Of a DNA stretch of 64,000 nucleotides, positions 50,142 through 61,143 are shown one piece after another (position 1 is the first letter of the stretch; the number at the start of each line of letters is the position of its first letter). Position numbers and translations under genes: made by a program. Origin of the DNA: Azolla caroliniana (lineage: Eukaryota > Plantae > Polypodiophyta); assembly GCA_043228905.1 (NCBI GenBank), contig JBHGNT010000004.1:16306001-16370000 (forward strand), read 5' to 3'. The notes beneath the pieces were generated by a model, which was not told where the DNA came from, did no database searches, and saw nothing but the letters and a program-made list of their open reading frames with translations.

Positions 50142-53000
50142 ATGCTTCCTAATGCAAAGTCGGATGCATCAACTTCAAGTATAAAGCGCTTCAATGGATC
50201 AACATGCATCAAAATTGATGTGGATGTAAATGCTTGATTTAATCCTTCAAATGCAGAGTTTGCATTTGTACTCCACACAAATGGTCGATTCTTTTGTGTT
50301 AGTTGAGTGAGGGGCAATACAATCTTTGAATAATCTTTGATGAACTTGCAATAAAAGTTTGCGAAGCCCAAAAAACATTGTACATCTTGCATAGATTGTG
50401 GTGTTTTCCAATCCAAAACTGTTGAACCTTTGTTGGATCCATAGGGATGCCATGTGAAGAGACTATGTACCCCAAAAATTGCACTTGATGTTAGTGGAAA
50501 CTGCACTTCTCCAATTTTTCATAGAGACCATATTCACACAACTGTTGCAAAGCTTGTCGAACGTGTATATCATGATCCTCTTGAGTTTTTGAGTAGATCA
50601 AGATATCATCCAAGTAAACTATGACGAAAATATCGAGGAAATCTCGAAAAATATCATGCGCCATATGTTGGAAAACTATCGGTGCATTCGTGAGACTAAA
50701 TGGCATCATTGTATACTCAAAATGGCCATAGCGAGTACGAAAAGTTGTCTTCCATTCATCCCCAGGACGAATTCGAACAAGATTGTAAGCAGCTCAAAGA
50801 TCTAACTTTGTGAAATACTTAGCTCCACTGAGGCGTTACAAAGAAGGCTCGAAATCAATGGTAGAGCATATTGGTTTCGAATAATTACTTTATTCACTCC
50901 TCGATAATCACAACCAGACGAAGCAAACCATCTTTCTTCTTAACGAAAAATATGGGTGCGCCGGTAGGAGATCTTGAACATTGGGTAAACCCATTTGCCA
51001 AGTTCTCATCAATATATTCCCGATGAACCTCGAGCTCCATGGGCGAAAGGTTATAATTGGGCCCCATGGAGGCTCTTTTCCAGGCTGCAAATCAATCGGG
51101 AAATCATATGTTCGATGCTTTGGTAGTCTATTCGCCTTCACCTTATCAAACACATCGGAGAATTCTATATATTTCTTCGGTAGTTGGACCCCCGATTCTT
51201 GTGAGCTCGATGTGAGAGTTGCTAAAACTGCGAACAACAACGTGTCTTCCTTTTGTCCTTCTTCACGTAACTGATGTATAGAGATTGTCGAAATCTTTTG
51301 GAATGTCATATCCTTTGTTGGAGTTTTCAGAGACGCAGACTGTATTGTGACCTCTTCAATGGTTCTTTTTCTCCAATCAATAGTTGGGTTATGTAGCTCA
51401 AACCATGGAAGACCAAGAACTAGGGAGTGCTCTGGACTACTAATGATGTTGAATGAGATGACACTAGCCAAATTGCCTAGGACTACACGAATTGGTTCAG
51501 ACTCTTCAACTATATCACCTAATGTTATGGGGTGTCCATCAATGACTCCGACAGACACTAGGCTTGGGAGCTTATGCACCTGAATATTATGCATTACAGC
51601 AAACTCACGATCCATGAAACAAGAGTTGACTTCAGAGTCGAAGAGGGCAAAAGCTGGGACTCGATGGCACCTAGATGTGTTAAGCTCAACTTGTGCAGAG
51701 AAAACTCGACTAACTTGACCGGATGAAATGGAACCACAACTAGGGACGGATATTATATGCTTAGGGTTGTCCAACCAAATGGCTCCAATTTTGGCCGGAC
51801 TTACTCGTTTAACACATCATCTAATTGGCTCAAGACATCAAATGTATTTTTATGACAGAGACTACTCCACCTACTTGGGTTACGAGAAGGCGGGGCAGAA
51901 ATTGAGATGGGATTGTCATGAGCACTTACTTGGTTAACTTGTCGTCGTGGTTTATGTGGACAATTCACAACAATATTCCCTACACCACCACAATAGAGGC
52001 ATGGACAATTCGCTCGTCGTCGATGCTTTTCAGCATCCGATAATGGTCCTCGACATTGTGTTGTCTCGATTTCCATTGGAGTAGGGCCTTCCACCACAGT
52101 TGACTTTGATACTTGGGGTGGAGTTGCGACCACCGAAGCATATGTTTCGGTTGGTCGGAATCATAACATTTGTTGGCGCTCAGAATGCTGCTCAAATAAG
52201 CGATTGTCACATCGCACGGCCCGACTTACTGCTTCAGTAAGAGATTTTAGATCATCATGGAAGGTAAGAAGTAAATCCTTCACATCATTGAACAAACCTT
52301 GACGAAATTGGTCCATTAACACCGCCTCATCCCATGGAATATCACATGCTAGAAGGCGAAAATCTACAACATAAGCGGAAGCAAGACGATCTCCTTGTCG
52401 TAATCGCTAAATTTTGTTTATTGTGGTCCTCATACTATCGGTGTCTCCAAAGTTGGCTTGGAACTTATTAATAAACCCTTCAAAATCTTCTAATAATGGT
52501 GAGTGCTTCTCTAGGAGTGGTGCAAACCACGTTAATGCGGTACCCGTTAACAAGGTACCAACTAGTCCCACGCGAGCAACATCAGTTCGGTAACGGCTAG
52601 GATACAATTTAATCACAAGCCGTACCTGATTTAAAAATCCACGAAATTGAAACCTTGTACCATTAAACTTGGCCAGTAGACTAATCTTTGGTTCTTTCAG
52701 TGAAGTTTGAACTTCCACCGCGTGTCGTTGCAATAGAGTAGCCTCTAATCTTCAAATTTTTGTACCTTCTCAGCACTTACTTGTTGTAGGTCACCTAGAA
52801 ATCTTTGATTTTCTTTCTCCAGGGCCACGGATTTGATTGTTAGCATATCGGGTTTGGAGAGAACGCGCATATATTCTTGCTGCTAACAGACTCCATAGTT
52901 ACGAGAGAGATTTGCTAGATTTGATTGAATAAGTTTAAGAGAAGAAGAAGAAGAAATTGGAGAAGAAGAAAAGAAGATTCGGTTCAAATTATCGAGACTC

Positions 53001-53041
<41 letters not shown>

Positions 53042-53306
53042 CAAGAAATGGAAATGAGATTATATTATGAGGAAACAAGGTTACAAAGAGTAGGCTAAGG
53101 GCTAAAGACTAGTGTTAAACCGAATTAGTTGTGATGAATGAATAGACACCTATTTATAGGTCCTTATGGAGTATTCTAAAATGTTGTAGAATATTTTAAA
53201 TATTTATGATATTCAATATAATCATGGAATATCCTAGAATGTTCTAGAATGCTCTAAATATCTTATAATAACTAATAATATATTTATTATAACTATACAT
53301 CATATA

Positions 53307-53374
53307 TGTTATTATAATGGTTAAAGGTCTAACATATAAACCTAGACGTTTTGGGCTCGAATCCTTGTAAGGCC
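53307..53374 (+). other. tRNA-like Pol III module in LTR U3 (family B, 5' LTR)
   Basis: TATTATAATGGTTAAAGG...TTGGGCTCGAATCCTTG. Confidence 0.55.
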
Positions 53375-54195
53375 AAAATGTATGTCTTCATGACAGTTAT
53401 AGGAATGTCTTGAAAGAGTCAAGGAGGATGCTTTTAATAGAATTGAATCGACTTGGAAGCAAAAAAAAGACACAATTGAAACTGCATGGAAGAAGAAAAC
53501 ACACAAAAATTTGTTTTCCAACAGCATAAAAAAGCCACCACAGATGGCGCAAACGAATTGCGTATGAGAGCCGTTGTCGGGGTAGTTGTGGTTCGTGCAG
53601 GGAACTCGCATGGACTGAGGTTAAGGGAAGTTGAAGAAACTTTTATAAGGCTTGCGCACAAATGTTGGGAAAATTAAGAATAAGAAGAATAAGAGTTTAA
53701 AGTAATGTGTGAGAGAGAGACAAGCACGGATAAAAGATAAATGTATGATTCAAGAAGCAAGATAGAGACAAAGTATGATTCAAGAAGCAAGAGTATATGA
53801 TATGAACATGATGTCTATTAATAATACAATATTTTACCAACATTACAATGTTTGATCGCAAGACCTTTCTCTACCAAATTCCGACTTGAACCCTCAACTT
53901 CCACTTCTAAACACAAGATGCTTGCCAAAGGAGCTAACTTCTTCTTCTTCTCCTTTTTATTTTTTGATTTCCTCTTTTCCCTCTCACTCTTTAAATAGCT
54001 ACCCCCATGCATATGATGCATGTGAGGGTACAAGACATGCATGTAGTGCATGAAATGCATGTGATGCATGATCACCATTTGGCGTTTATGCATTACATGT
54101 GATGCATGATAGACATCTCGCTCATTTGAGCTTTCATGTATGAAAATATACATGGCATAAGTACAAACATGAAAATGTAGTCCTAAAAATAAATG

Positions 54196-54381
54196 ACCTA
54201 GCCTAATGGTATGTGCCTTGTATTTGGTATGTGAGGTTGTGGGTTCAAGTATCTCAAATGTTTATTCAATACAATATTTTAGTTATTTTTATACCCTTTA
54301 TGACACCTTAAAAACAAATAACCTAACCTAGTGGTATGTACTTCTTACTTGGTGTGTGAGGATATGGGTTTAAGTCTCTCA
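54196..54381 (+). other. Two tandem tRNA(Pro)-like Pol III modules in LTR U3 (family E, 3' LTR): 54196-54258 and 54323-54381
   Basis: CTAGCCTAATGGTATG...GAGGTTGTGGGTTCAAGT and CTAACCTAGTGGTATG..CTTGGTGTGTGAGG..GGGTTTAAGTCTCTC, each followed by T-runs. Confidence 0.7.
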
Positions 54382-57267
54382 AATGTTACCGAATACAATA
54401 TGTAAGTTTATTTTTATATCGTGAAGCAAATCCTTCACGACACCCACCCCCTCTGAACTTGCACACTGGTTGTGCAAAGTTCATCCAAAATCATGGAAAA
54501 ACTCTTCATTCCGTTTCCGAACTGGACCTTCCCTCAAGCATTCTTTATTTCTTTCGTGATTGGGTCTCACAGTTAAGAATTGGATTTTCTTCCTTCCATC
54601 TTGACACTTAATCCTTCCAAAAGCCGAACCATCATCAATCACCTTTGTTTCTATCCTTATAGCGGTGATGTCTGGTTGACCAAGGATGACGAGGTAGGTT
54701 GATCGATCTTGCACAAAGAAATTTTGATTCACTGCCACATCTCCAATTGTTACCTTCACACTAGGGCATGCTCCGAATAGATCCTCCGTAGTCTCTGTGG
54801 CAGCTCTTATCTTCCACCCATGATTCTTGTCAATCGGCCACCGTCCTTGAGCGTAAAATTCCGACGACATCATGTTAATCTCTGATCCATGATCGATCAA
54901 AGAAATACATGGAATTTGTTGCTCCCCAATTTTTGTAGGTGCCTCTATTGTTGCTCAAGCCCAATGGTCCCTTGTATAGTGACTTCTATCCCCTTCATGA
55001 ACCCCAACATCATTTCTATTTTTAAAACTTCCAGCGTTGATGGTGCCACCATACAAATCTTGGAGTGTTGCTGCACACCCTCCCGTAATTTCCTCCATCA
55101 CCTGTCTCTTTCTTCTAAAAATATCTATGATAACTTCATGAAATTCTTTCTTTGTTATACCCAACACTTCTCTTAAAGTAAATCCTACCTGACTATTTAA
55201 TATTCTTGTTTCTAGTACCTGTTTTATATCTGTCGTTGCTTCTATGTCCGAAGCAAGCTTAAAAGATGGGCCTGACTTCCCTTTTACTTTATCAGCTTCC
55301 TTCGACTTAGGGGCACCCTTTTCCATCTCTCTTCTCTTTTGTTCTCATGTCTCATGTTTCATTGCCAGATCAGCCTCCTCAGCTCTCTTTCGCTTCTATT
55401 CCACTAGTACCTCTTGTGCATTCACTTGGGCGAATGTTGATAGTGCGTCTACTAGATCATTCCATCCAGTGAAGTTCCATATTTCATCTCCTAGTCTTTT
55501 TAATTATCCACTCGGACCTTCCCTTTTTTTACATAATCCATCACATCTTGCCAAAAGCTAGATCCACCATATGAGTCTTCTACACGCAACCCTAAGGTTG
55601 CCACAGATTATATCGCTTGAGTTGTTTCTCTCTCGACATCTTCCAGTAGCTTTTTCATTCCCTCACCCGAAGTTCAGTTGAAGTGGTTATCGTGTCTTTG
55701 TCAAGTGAATCTTACCATCTTGATAATAGATTTTATGATGATTAAGAGCATCCCTATGTTCATGACAATCTTTCTACTTATGGTCGATACTGTCACACCA
55801 CATACACCTTCAGACCATTCTACCTCCTTGCCTTGATGAAGCTGAGCTTTGTCCCAATTCCAGCTTTGTCACTTTGATCGACAAGTCTTTCATGCATTTC
55901 ACCAATTCGTGCAAGATTGACTCTTTTACTCTCTTTTCCCTCAACTTGTTCCCCATTTCTTCTTCATTTCTCTTTGGCAACTCCATAAACCATAACTTCC
56001 TTTTATAGAAATTGGCACAAGCCCTTTTTACCTCTTCCCAGTCTTCGGTATGTCCACTTGGACTATTCTGATCTTCCAAACACATTCCCAATTCCTTCCT
56101 GTCTTTAATATTAGTAGCTTGTAGAAACAATATTACTTTATTTACATTATTATATTTCTATCCCTAACATTTAATTGCTCAAATCTTTCTGAAAACTGTT
56201 TTAACACTTCCAAAACACTTAAATGTTTATCAGACTCTACCCAATCCATGAAAGCTCGTCTTGTCATCCTTCAAGTATGATTGAGGTTGTATTCATTCAA
56301 CAATTCTCTTTCAAAATTTGCCCATGTCTAATGCTCCCTTTGTACCTCCTGGATCCATTCTTCTAGCACAATCGTAGCGACTCGACTAAAGCTATTAATT
56401 TTTGCAGCTTCGTCGACACCACGTTTAAGCATTTCCTCATTGTAAATCTTCAAAAATCTTGTTAAATTCATACCTTTGAAGATTCCTACTCATGTGAGAA
56501 TATTGTCGACGGCTTTGTCGATACTTGCCATCATCCCTTGCTCCCGTGTCATTCGTTCCATTATCGTACACATAAGCCTCATTTGCTCCTCCATTTCTCC
56601 TTGTCGCCACCTTCACGTCGGGTTCACCAAATATGTTGGGGTAGTTGTGGTTCGTGTGGCGAAGTCGCAAGGACTAAGGTTAAGGGGAGTTGAAGAAACT
56701 TTTATAAGGCTTGAGCACAAATGTTGGGAAAAATAAGAATAAGAAGAATAAGAGTTTAAAGTAATGTGTGAGAGAGAGACGAGCACGGATAAAAGATAAA
56801 TGTATGATTCAAGAAGCAAGATAGAGACAAAGTATGATTCAAGAAGCAAGAGTATATGATATGAACATGATGTCTATTAATAATACAATATTTTACCAAC
56901 ATTACAATGTTTGATCACAAGACCTTTCTCTACCAAATTTTGACTTGAATCCTCGACTTCCACTTCTAAACACAAGATGATTGCCAAAGGAGCTAACTTC
57001 TTCTTTTGCTGCTTTTTATTTTCTGATTTCCTCTTGATTCTTTCCTCTTTTCCCTTTCACTCTTTAAATAGGTGCCCTCATGCATATGATGCATGTGAGG
57101 GTACAAGACATGCACGTAGTGCATGAAATGCATGTGATGCATGATCACCATTTGGCGTTTATGCATTACATGTGATGCATGATAGACATCTCGCTCATTT
57201 GAGCTTTCATGTATGAAAATATACATGGCATAAGTACAAACATGAAAATGTAGTCCTAAAAATAAAT

Positions 57268-57455
57268 GACCTAGCCTAATGGTATGTGCCTTGTATTTGG
57301 TATGTCAGGTTGTGGGATCAAGTCTCTCAAATGTTTATTGAATACAATATTTTAGTTATTTTTATACCCTTTATGACGCCTTAAAAACAAATAACCTAAC
57401 CTAGTGGTATGTACTTTTTACTTGGTCTATGAGGTTATGGGTTCAAGTTTCTCAA
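57268..57455 (+). other. Two tandem tRNA(Pro)-like Pol III modules in LTR U3 (family E, 5' LTR)
   Basis: Counterparts of 54196-54381; the second copy keeps GGGTTCAAGT. Confidence 0.7.
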
Positions 57456-58944
57456 ATATTATTGAATACAATATGTAAGTTTACTTTTATATCGTGAAGC
57501 AAATCCTTCATGACATCGTTGCCTTGATGTTCGCGTGTAGCAACCGACATCATTGCCTTGATGTTCACGTGTTGCGTTGCTACATAAAGGTCGCTTAGTA
57601 GCTCTAAGACCACTGTTGGGTTCTTGTTTTGAATAAAAAAAACTTGCCCACTTTAGGGTTATGAGAGTATTTATAGACAGGGGAAAAAAACCTCCTAAAG
57701 AGGGAAAAAATGCCCCTGTTGTCCTAAGTGTGTTCACACAGATCACTACCAAAATATGTCAACAAGGGTGGGGGTGGCGAGTGTAGCTCTAGGTTTATGG
57801 TGTATGTGTGAATGAGTGGGGTTCACAAGGGGTAATGTGGGGGAGTTGAGTAGTAGATGGCGTGGGCGGATGGTGCTTCGGGGGACCCGAGTAGTCTTAA
57901 GGACCCATACAAGGGTGGGGCTAGGGTTGTTGCATTGGCCCATGATTACGGTATGGGGGACTTGCCAATGAGCGATCTAGCCTTTCTGGCAATCGGTAGC
58001 GCTAGTGTCAAAGAGACTTGCTCGGGTGTGGTGATTGGTTGTTGCCCGGTCTGGTCGAGTGTTTAGTGGGGTTGAGATTTGCGCAAGCCAACTAGTGGTT
58101 GTCAAGTGGCTATGATTGGTGCTAGTATAGGGTGTCTTGTAGGTAGTCAAGAACGTTTGGGTACCCAAAACTAGGTGGTACTTTCCCACCAACGTTGGGC
58201 TTTGGTGAGCTCTTTACGCACTCTCCATAGGCTGGGTGCCCTTTTCGTGGTCCTTCAGCGAAGGTTGCATGGAAGTTCTCCCACTTGTATGAGTGATTTG
58301 ACTAGGATCATTTATTATTGTTGTGCGAGCGTTTTGAGGTTGCGTGTTGGCAACGTCAAGGTTGTTTAAGGGGCTTTTGGGTCTGGGGCATGGGCGGTGT
58401 CGGTGCTGTATTGACCAATTGTTCTATTTTCATGCTTTCATCAGTTGGGACGTGGATGGTGTTCATGTTTGGTGATATTAGGCATTCATTAGCATGACAC
58501 CAATCTAAACCAAGGAGGCGTGATATGTACAACACCTCCAGTGGGAGGGCGCAGGCATGGATCGTATAAGTGTTGTGTTTCGTCTTGACATTACATGTAA
58601 CGAGCCCAAGGCAGCACAATGTAGATCAATTGAAGTCGTGAAAGACGTCGTTGCATACTTCGAGATCGGGGAACCCTAGTTGCTCCCATGTCTCGAATGA
58701 AAGGAGGATCGATGAAGTGTCGGTGTCAACAATCGTCGTTAGGGGGAACTCGTTGACATCAATGACTTGGTCATGAGATCCGCCTAATTTGAGATGGCAC
58801 AAGCTAACAACTCTATTGCTATTCGTGTTATGACATATTCATATATACTTATCTCATATATTTCATCTTACAACACTAGCCTTTTCGGGGAAAAACATGA
58901 TATGTTTAAAAGCTTCATATCACTTTGTGTTCTTGTCTGTACAG

Positions 58945-59073
58945 ATATATCGAAAGTTCAAGATGATGAGGTTGGAGATGGGACAATGTCAGTGGCCGTT
59001 CTAGCAAGGGAACTTTTATGAGAAGCAAGAAAACTTAAAATGAAAAACATACACCGCATGACCATCATTGAAG
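58945..59073 (+). pseudogene. CCT2: Isolated exon of T-complex protein 1 subunit beta (CCT-beta) with an in-frame stop
   Basis: DISKVQDDEVGDGTMSVAVLAREL L*EARKL..IHRMTIIEG matches CCT-beta DISKVQDDEVGDGTTSVxVLAxELLREAExL..IHPxTII. It is bounded by TGTACAG| and |GTATTG splice sites. Confidence 0.8.
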
Positions 59074-61012
59074 GTATTGTTTGCATCAATGTCTAACCTT
59101 TTATATTCCGATCTCTTTATCTAACTTTCTTTCTCTACATAATGACTATGCTTATGAATGTAGTTTGGGACATCATATTGACATTAACGTTTGCATACAC
59201 TATTAAAAAGTGATACAGAAAACTATGTTCAAAAGGGTTTAGTGTGTGTATATTGTCGACATTCAAACATGCCTTTGTGTACAAGGCTATACAAGATTGA
59301 GAGGGATGTTGGGTGAAGAAGCCCCGATGTTTTGTGATGCTTGCTTTTCGCGTTCGCATGTTGTACCACCCACCAATCTTTAGAAAGAGAAAAGTCTCAA
59401 TATCCTAAATGTGCTCATTGATGAGCTCAATGTTGTTGTTGATACTTGATTTATCAGGGCACCATGGGAGCAAACATCAGGGCATAGAGAAATTGTTGGA
59501 ATTTCCTAGTTCTCACATTCTGGGGGTCTTTCTATAGGTTAGTTTCGGTTGCTTTTACTTGTTTGGGGAACCTAACTCAACTCTTCTTAGAAGTTGTGTT
59601 CTTGGAGAGTGCAATAGCTCTTTTCAGAAGTTTTATCAATAAAATAGAAATCATATAGTATGCTCCTCTTATTTCAAAATAGTATACGAATCGAAATGCA
59701 ATGCTAGTTTTGATCATCAAACAAACATTGTATCAAAGCGGATTATCATGCTAGTTTTGATGAATCTTTGATTGATTCAGAAATTTGTTTCTTGTACGTG
59801 AAAGCAAGGATTGTGCTTGCAAGATAATGCATATAACAAATGATCAAACAACAAGAGATAATAAATGTTCATACTTGTTTTCTGGTGCTTGATTATGTTA
59901 ATGTCGTTAAGTTTGTATATGCAATAATGTTCGACCTTGGTCAGTTTTTTTATTGCAAATTGCAGGACAAAGTTGTGTCAAGTTTATGATAAAAAAATAA
60001 ATTATTTGATTTGGTATGTGCTAAAAACAAAATTTCAACATGTCCCGGTTGACATTATCGCTTGTAGGAAAGTGGCCGATTAAAATTTTTAAATTTCAAT
60101 TAGGATCATAAGTAGTAGGAAAATTTCCGGTAGGGGCTATAGACTTTGCCCAATACAACTCTAGTGTTTTTGGGTAATGTTTCCTAATTGTGTGTGCATT
60201 ACTTTGTTCTTACACATTGTGTTTTCAATTTATGTGGTACTTGATGAGCATTTATAGGAATTTGCATATGATGTTTAATGTTCATTCATAAATTTGTGAG
60301 TCATCAATTGTAAAGAGGGTGATGATCCCTTCTAGGATTGGAAATTATGTATGCATGTATATTTTATATGTAAGGGCATTTAAAATGGGCAATTATCAAA
60401 GAACGCACATTATACAACCTTCTTATATATAGTGGAGTCCCTAGGAGTCTAGTGAGGAGAGTATAGAGGTCACTGTAGGAAGTGATTCCAACACCAATTG
60501 ACTTAGGAACTGTCAAAAACCGAGATTTCTTCTTTACCAACACCACTCTGATTTGAATGAAATAAAGTTTACTAGACTCGTCTCACTGACGGGATCCAAA
60601 GAAACCTTGAACGTAGAAAACAAACTATGTATGCCTTTAGTAGAGTCTTTTGATCCCCATATGAGCTACGCAATCACTACTTACATAGACCAAGCAGTCC
60701 CCTATTTTGGACGTGGGCGGAGCTTCATATACCTTCCACTATTCTTGTCACGATATCTCACGTATACTTAGCCTTTTCTTTTTCTTCTTACGTATCCCAT
60801 CTTTATCTTCTTTTGTGCCCATCTCAAAAATAGCACCATTCCTAATTACAAACATGGCCTAAGACATTATGCCAAGTACTTAAACCCCACCCTTCCACAC
60901 CTATTGTGTCATTATTATTTTTAAACATAAAATAACAACACACACTTAGCTCTTATCATTAGTTTCACAAATTACATCCATGCTGAATTCGGCAAAATAT
61001 CATCTATAATCT

Positions 61013-61143
61013 TTGGGACATAGAATGTGTGCATTTAGAGCCCTTGCAAGTTAGGTGTGGGAGATAGAATGTGTGCATGTAGGGCCCATGCAAATTAGGT
61101 GTAGGACATAGAATGTGTGCATGTAGGACCCTTGCATGTTAGA
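61013..61143. repeat. ~42 bp tandem repeat, 3 copies
   Basis: atagaatgtgtgcat(g/t)tag(g/a)(g/a)ccc(t/a)tgca.gttag occurs three times. Confidence 0.8.

Larger units (their letters stand above)
41041..53395 (-). mobile_element. Chromoviral Ty3/gypsy element (family B, Tf1/Tcn1-like): 5' LTR 53395-52990, gag, PR, RT, RNase H, integrase+chromodomain, 3' LTR 41432-41041 (truncated); three nested insertions
   Basis: Gag KFNGTR..PMEIE..CLYCGGVGN..C; PR LFDSEVNSCF; [11 protein letters not shown]; RH VDASDFALG..KELLAIV; IN GHFG..CDTC..HPETNGQSER; chromodomain YEVVAILDSK; PPT AAAAAGGGGGGATAA; paired LTRs. Confidence 0.92.
53575..57515 (-). mobile_element. Non-autonomous Ty3/gypsy derivative (family E) with gag + protease only; 5' LTR 57515-56634, 3' LTR 54442-53575; tRNA-Trp PBS
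   Basis: Paired LTRs; PBS TGGTGAACCCGACGTGAA; gag/PR homologous to family D (FKLASDIE, IDHGSEINMM, HGWKIRAAT). PPT AGAGGGGGTGGG follows directly after the PR ORF. Probable 4-bp TSD CCGT/TCGT. Confidence 0.9.

Noticed and set aside
3710-57455. Calling the LTR modules functional tRNA genes
   Set aside because: Acceptor and anticodon stems do not pair convincingly; only the A/B boxes and some T- or D-arm pairing remain.
57516-58790. GC-richer block that may be another LTR or TE continuing from 53396-53574
   Set aside because: No termini or coding motifs could be identified.
60369-60850. Possible solo LTR (TGTAA...TTACA)
   Set aside because: No TSD, no partner LTR, and no PBS or PPT.
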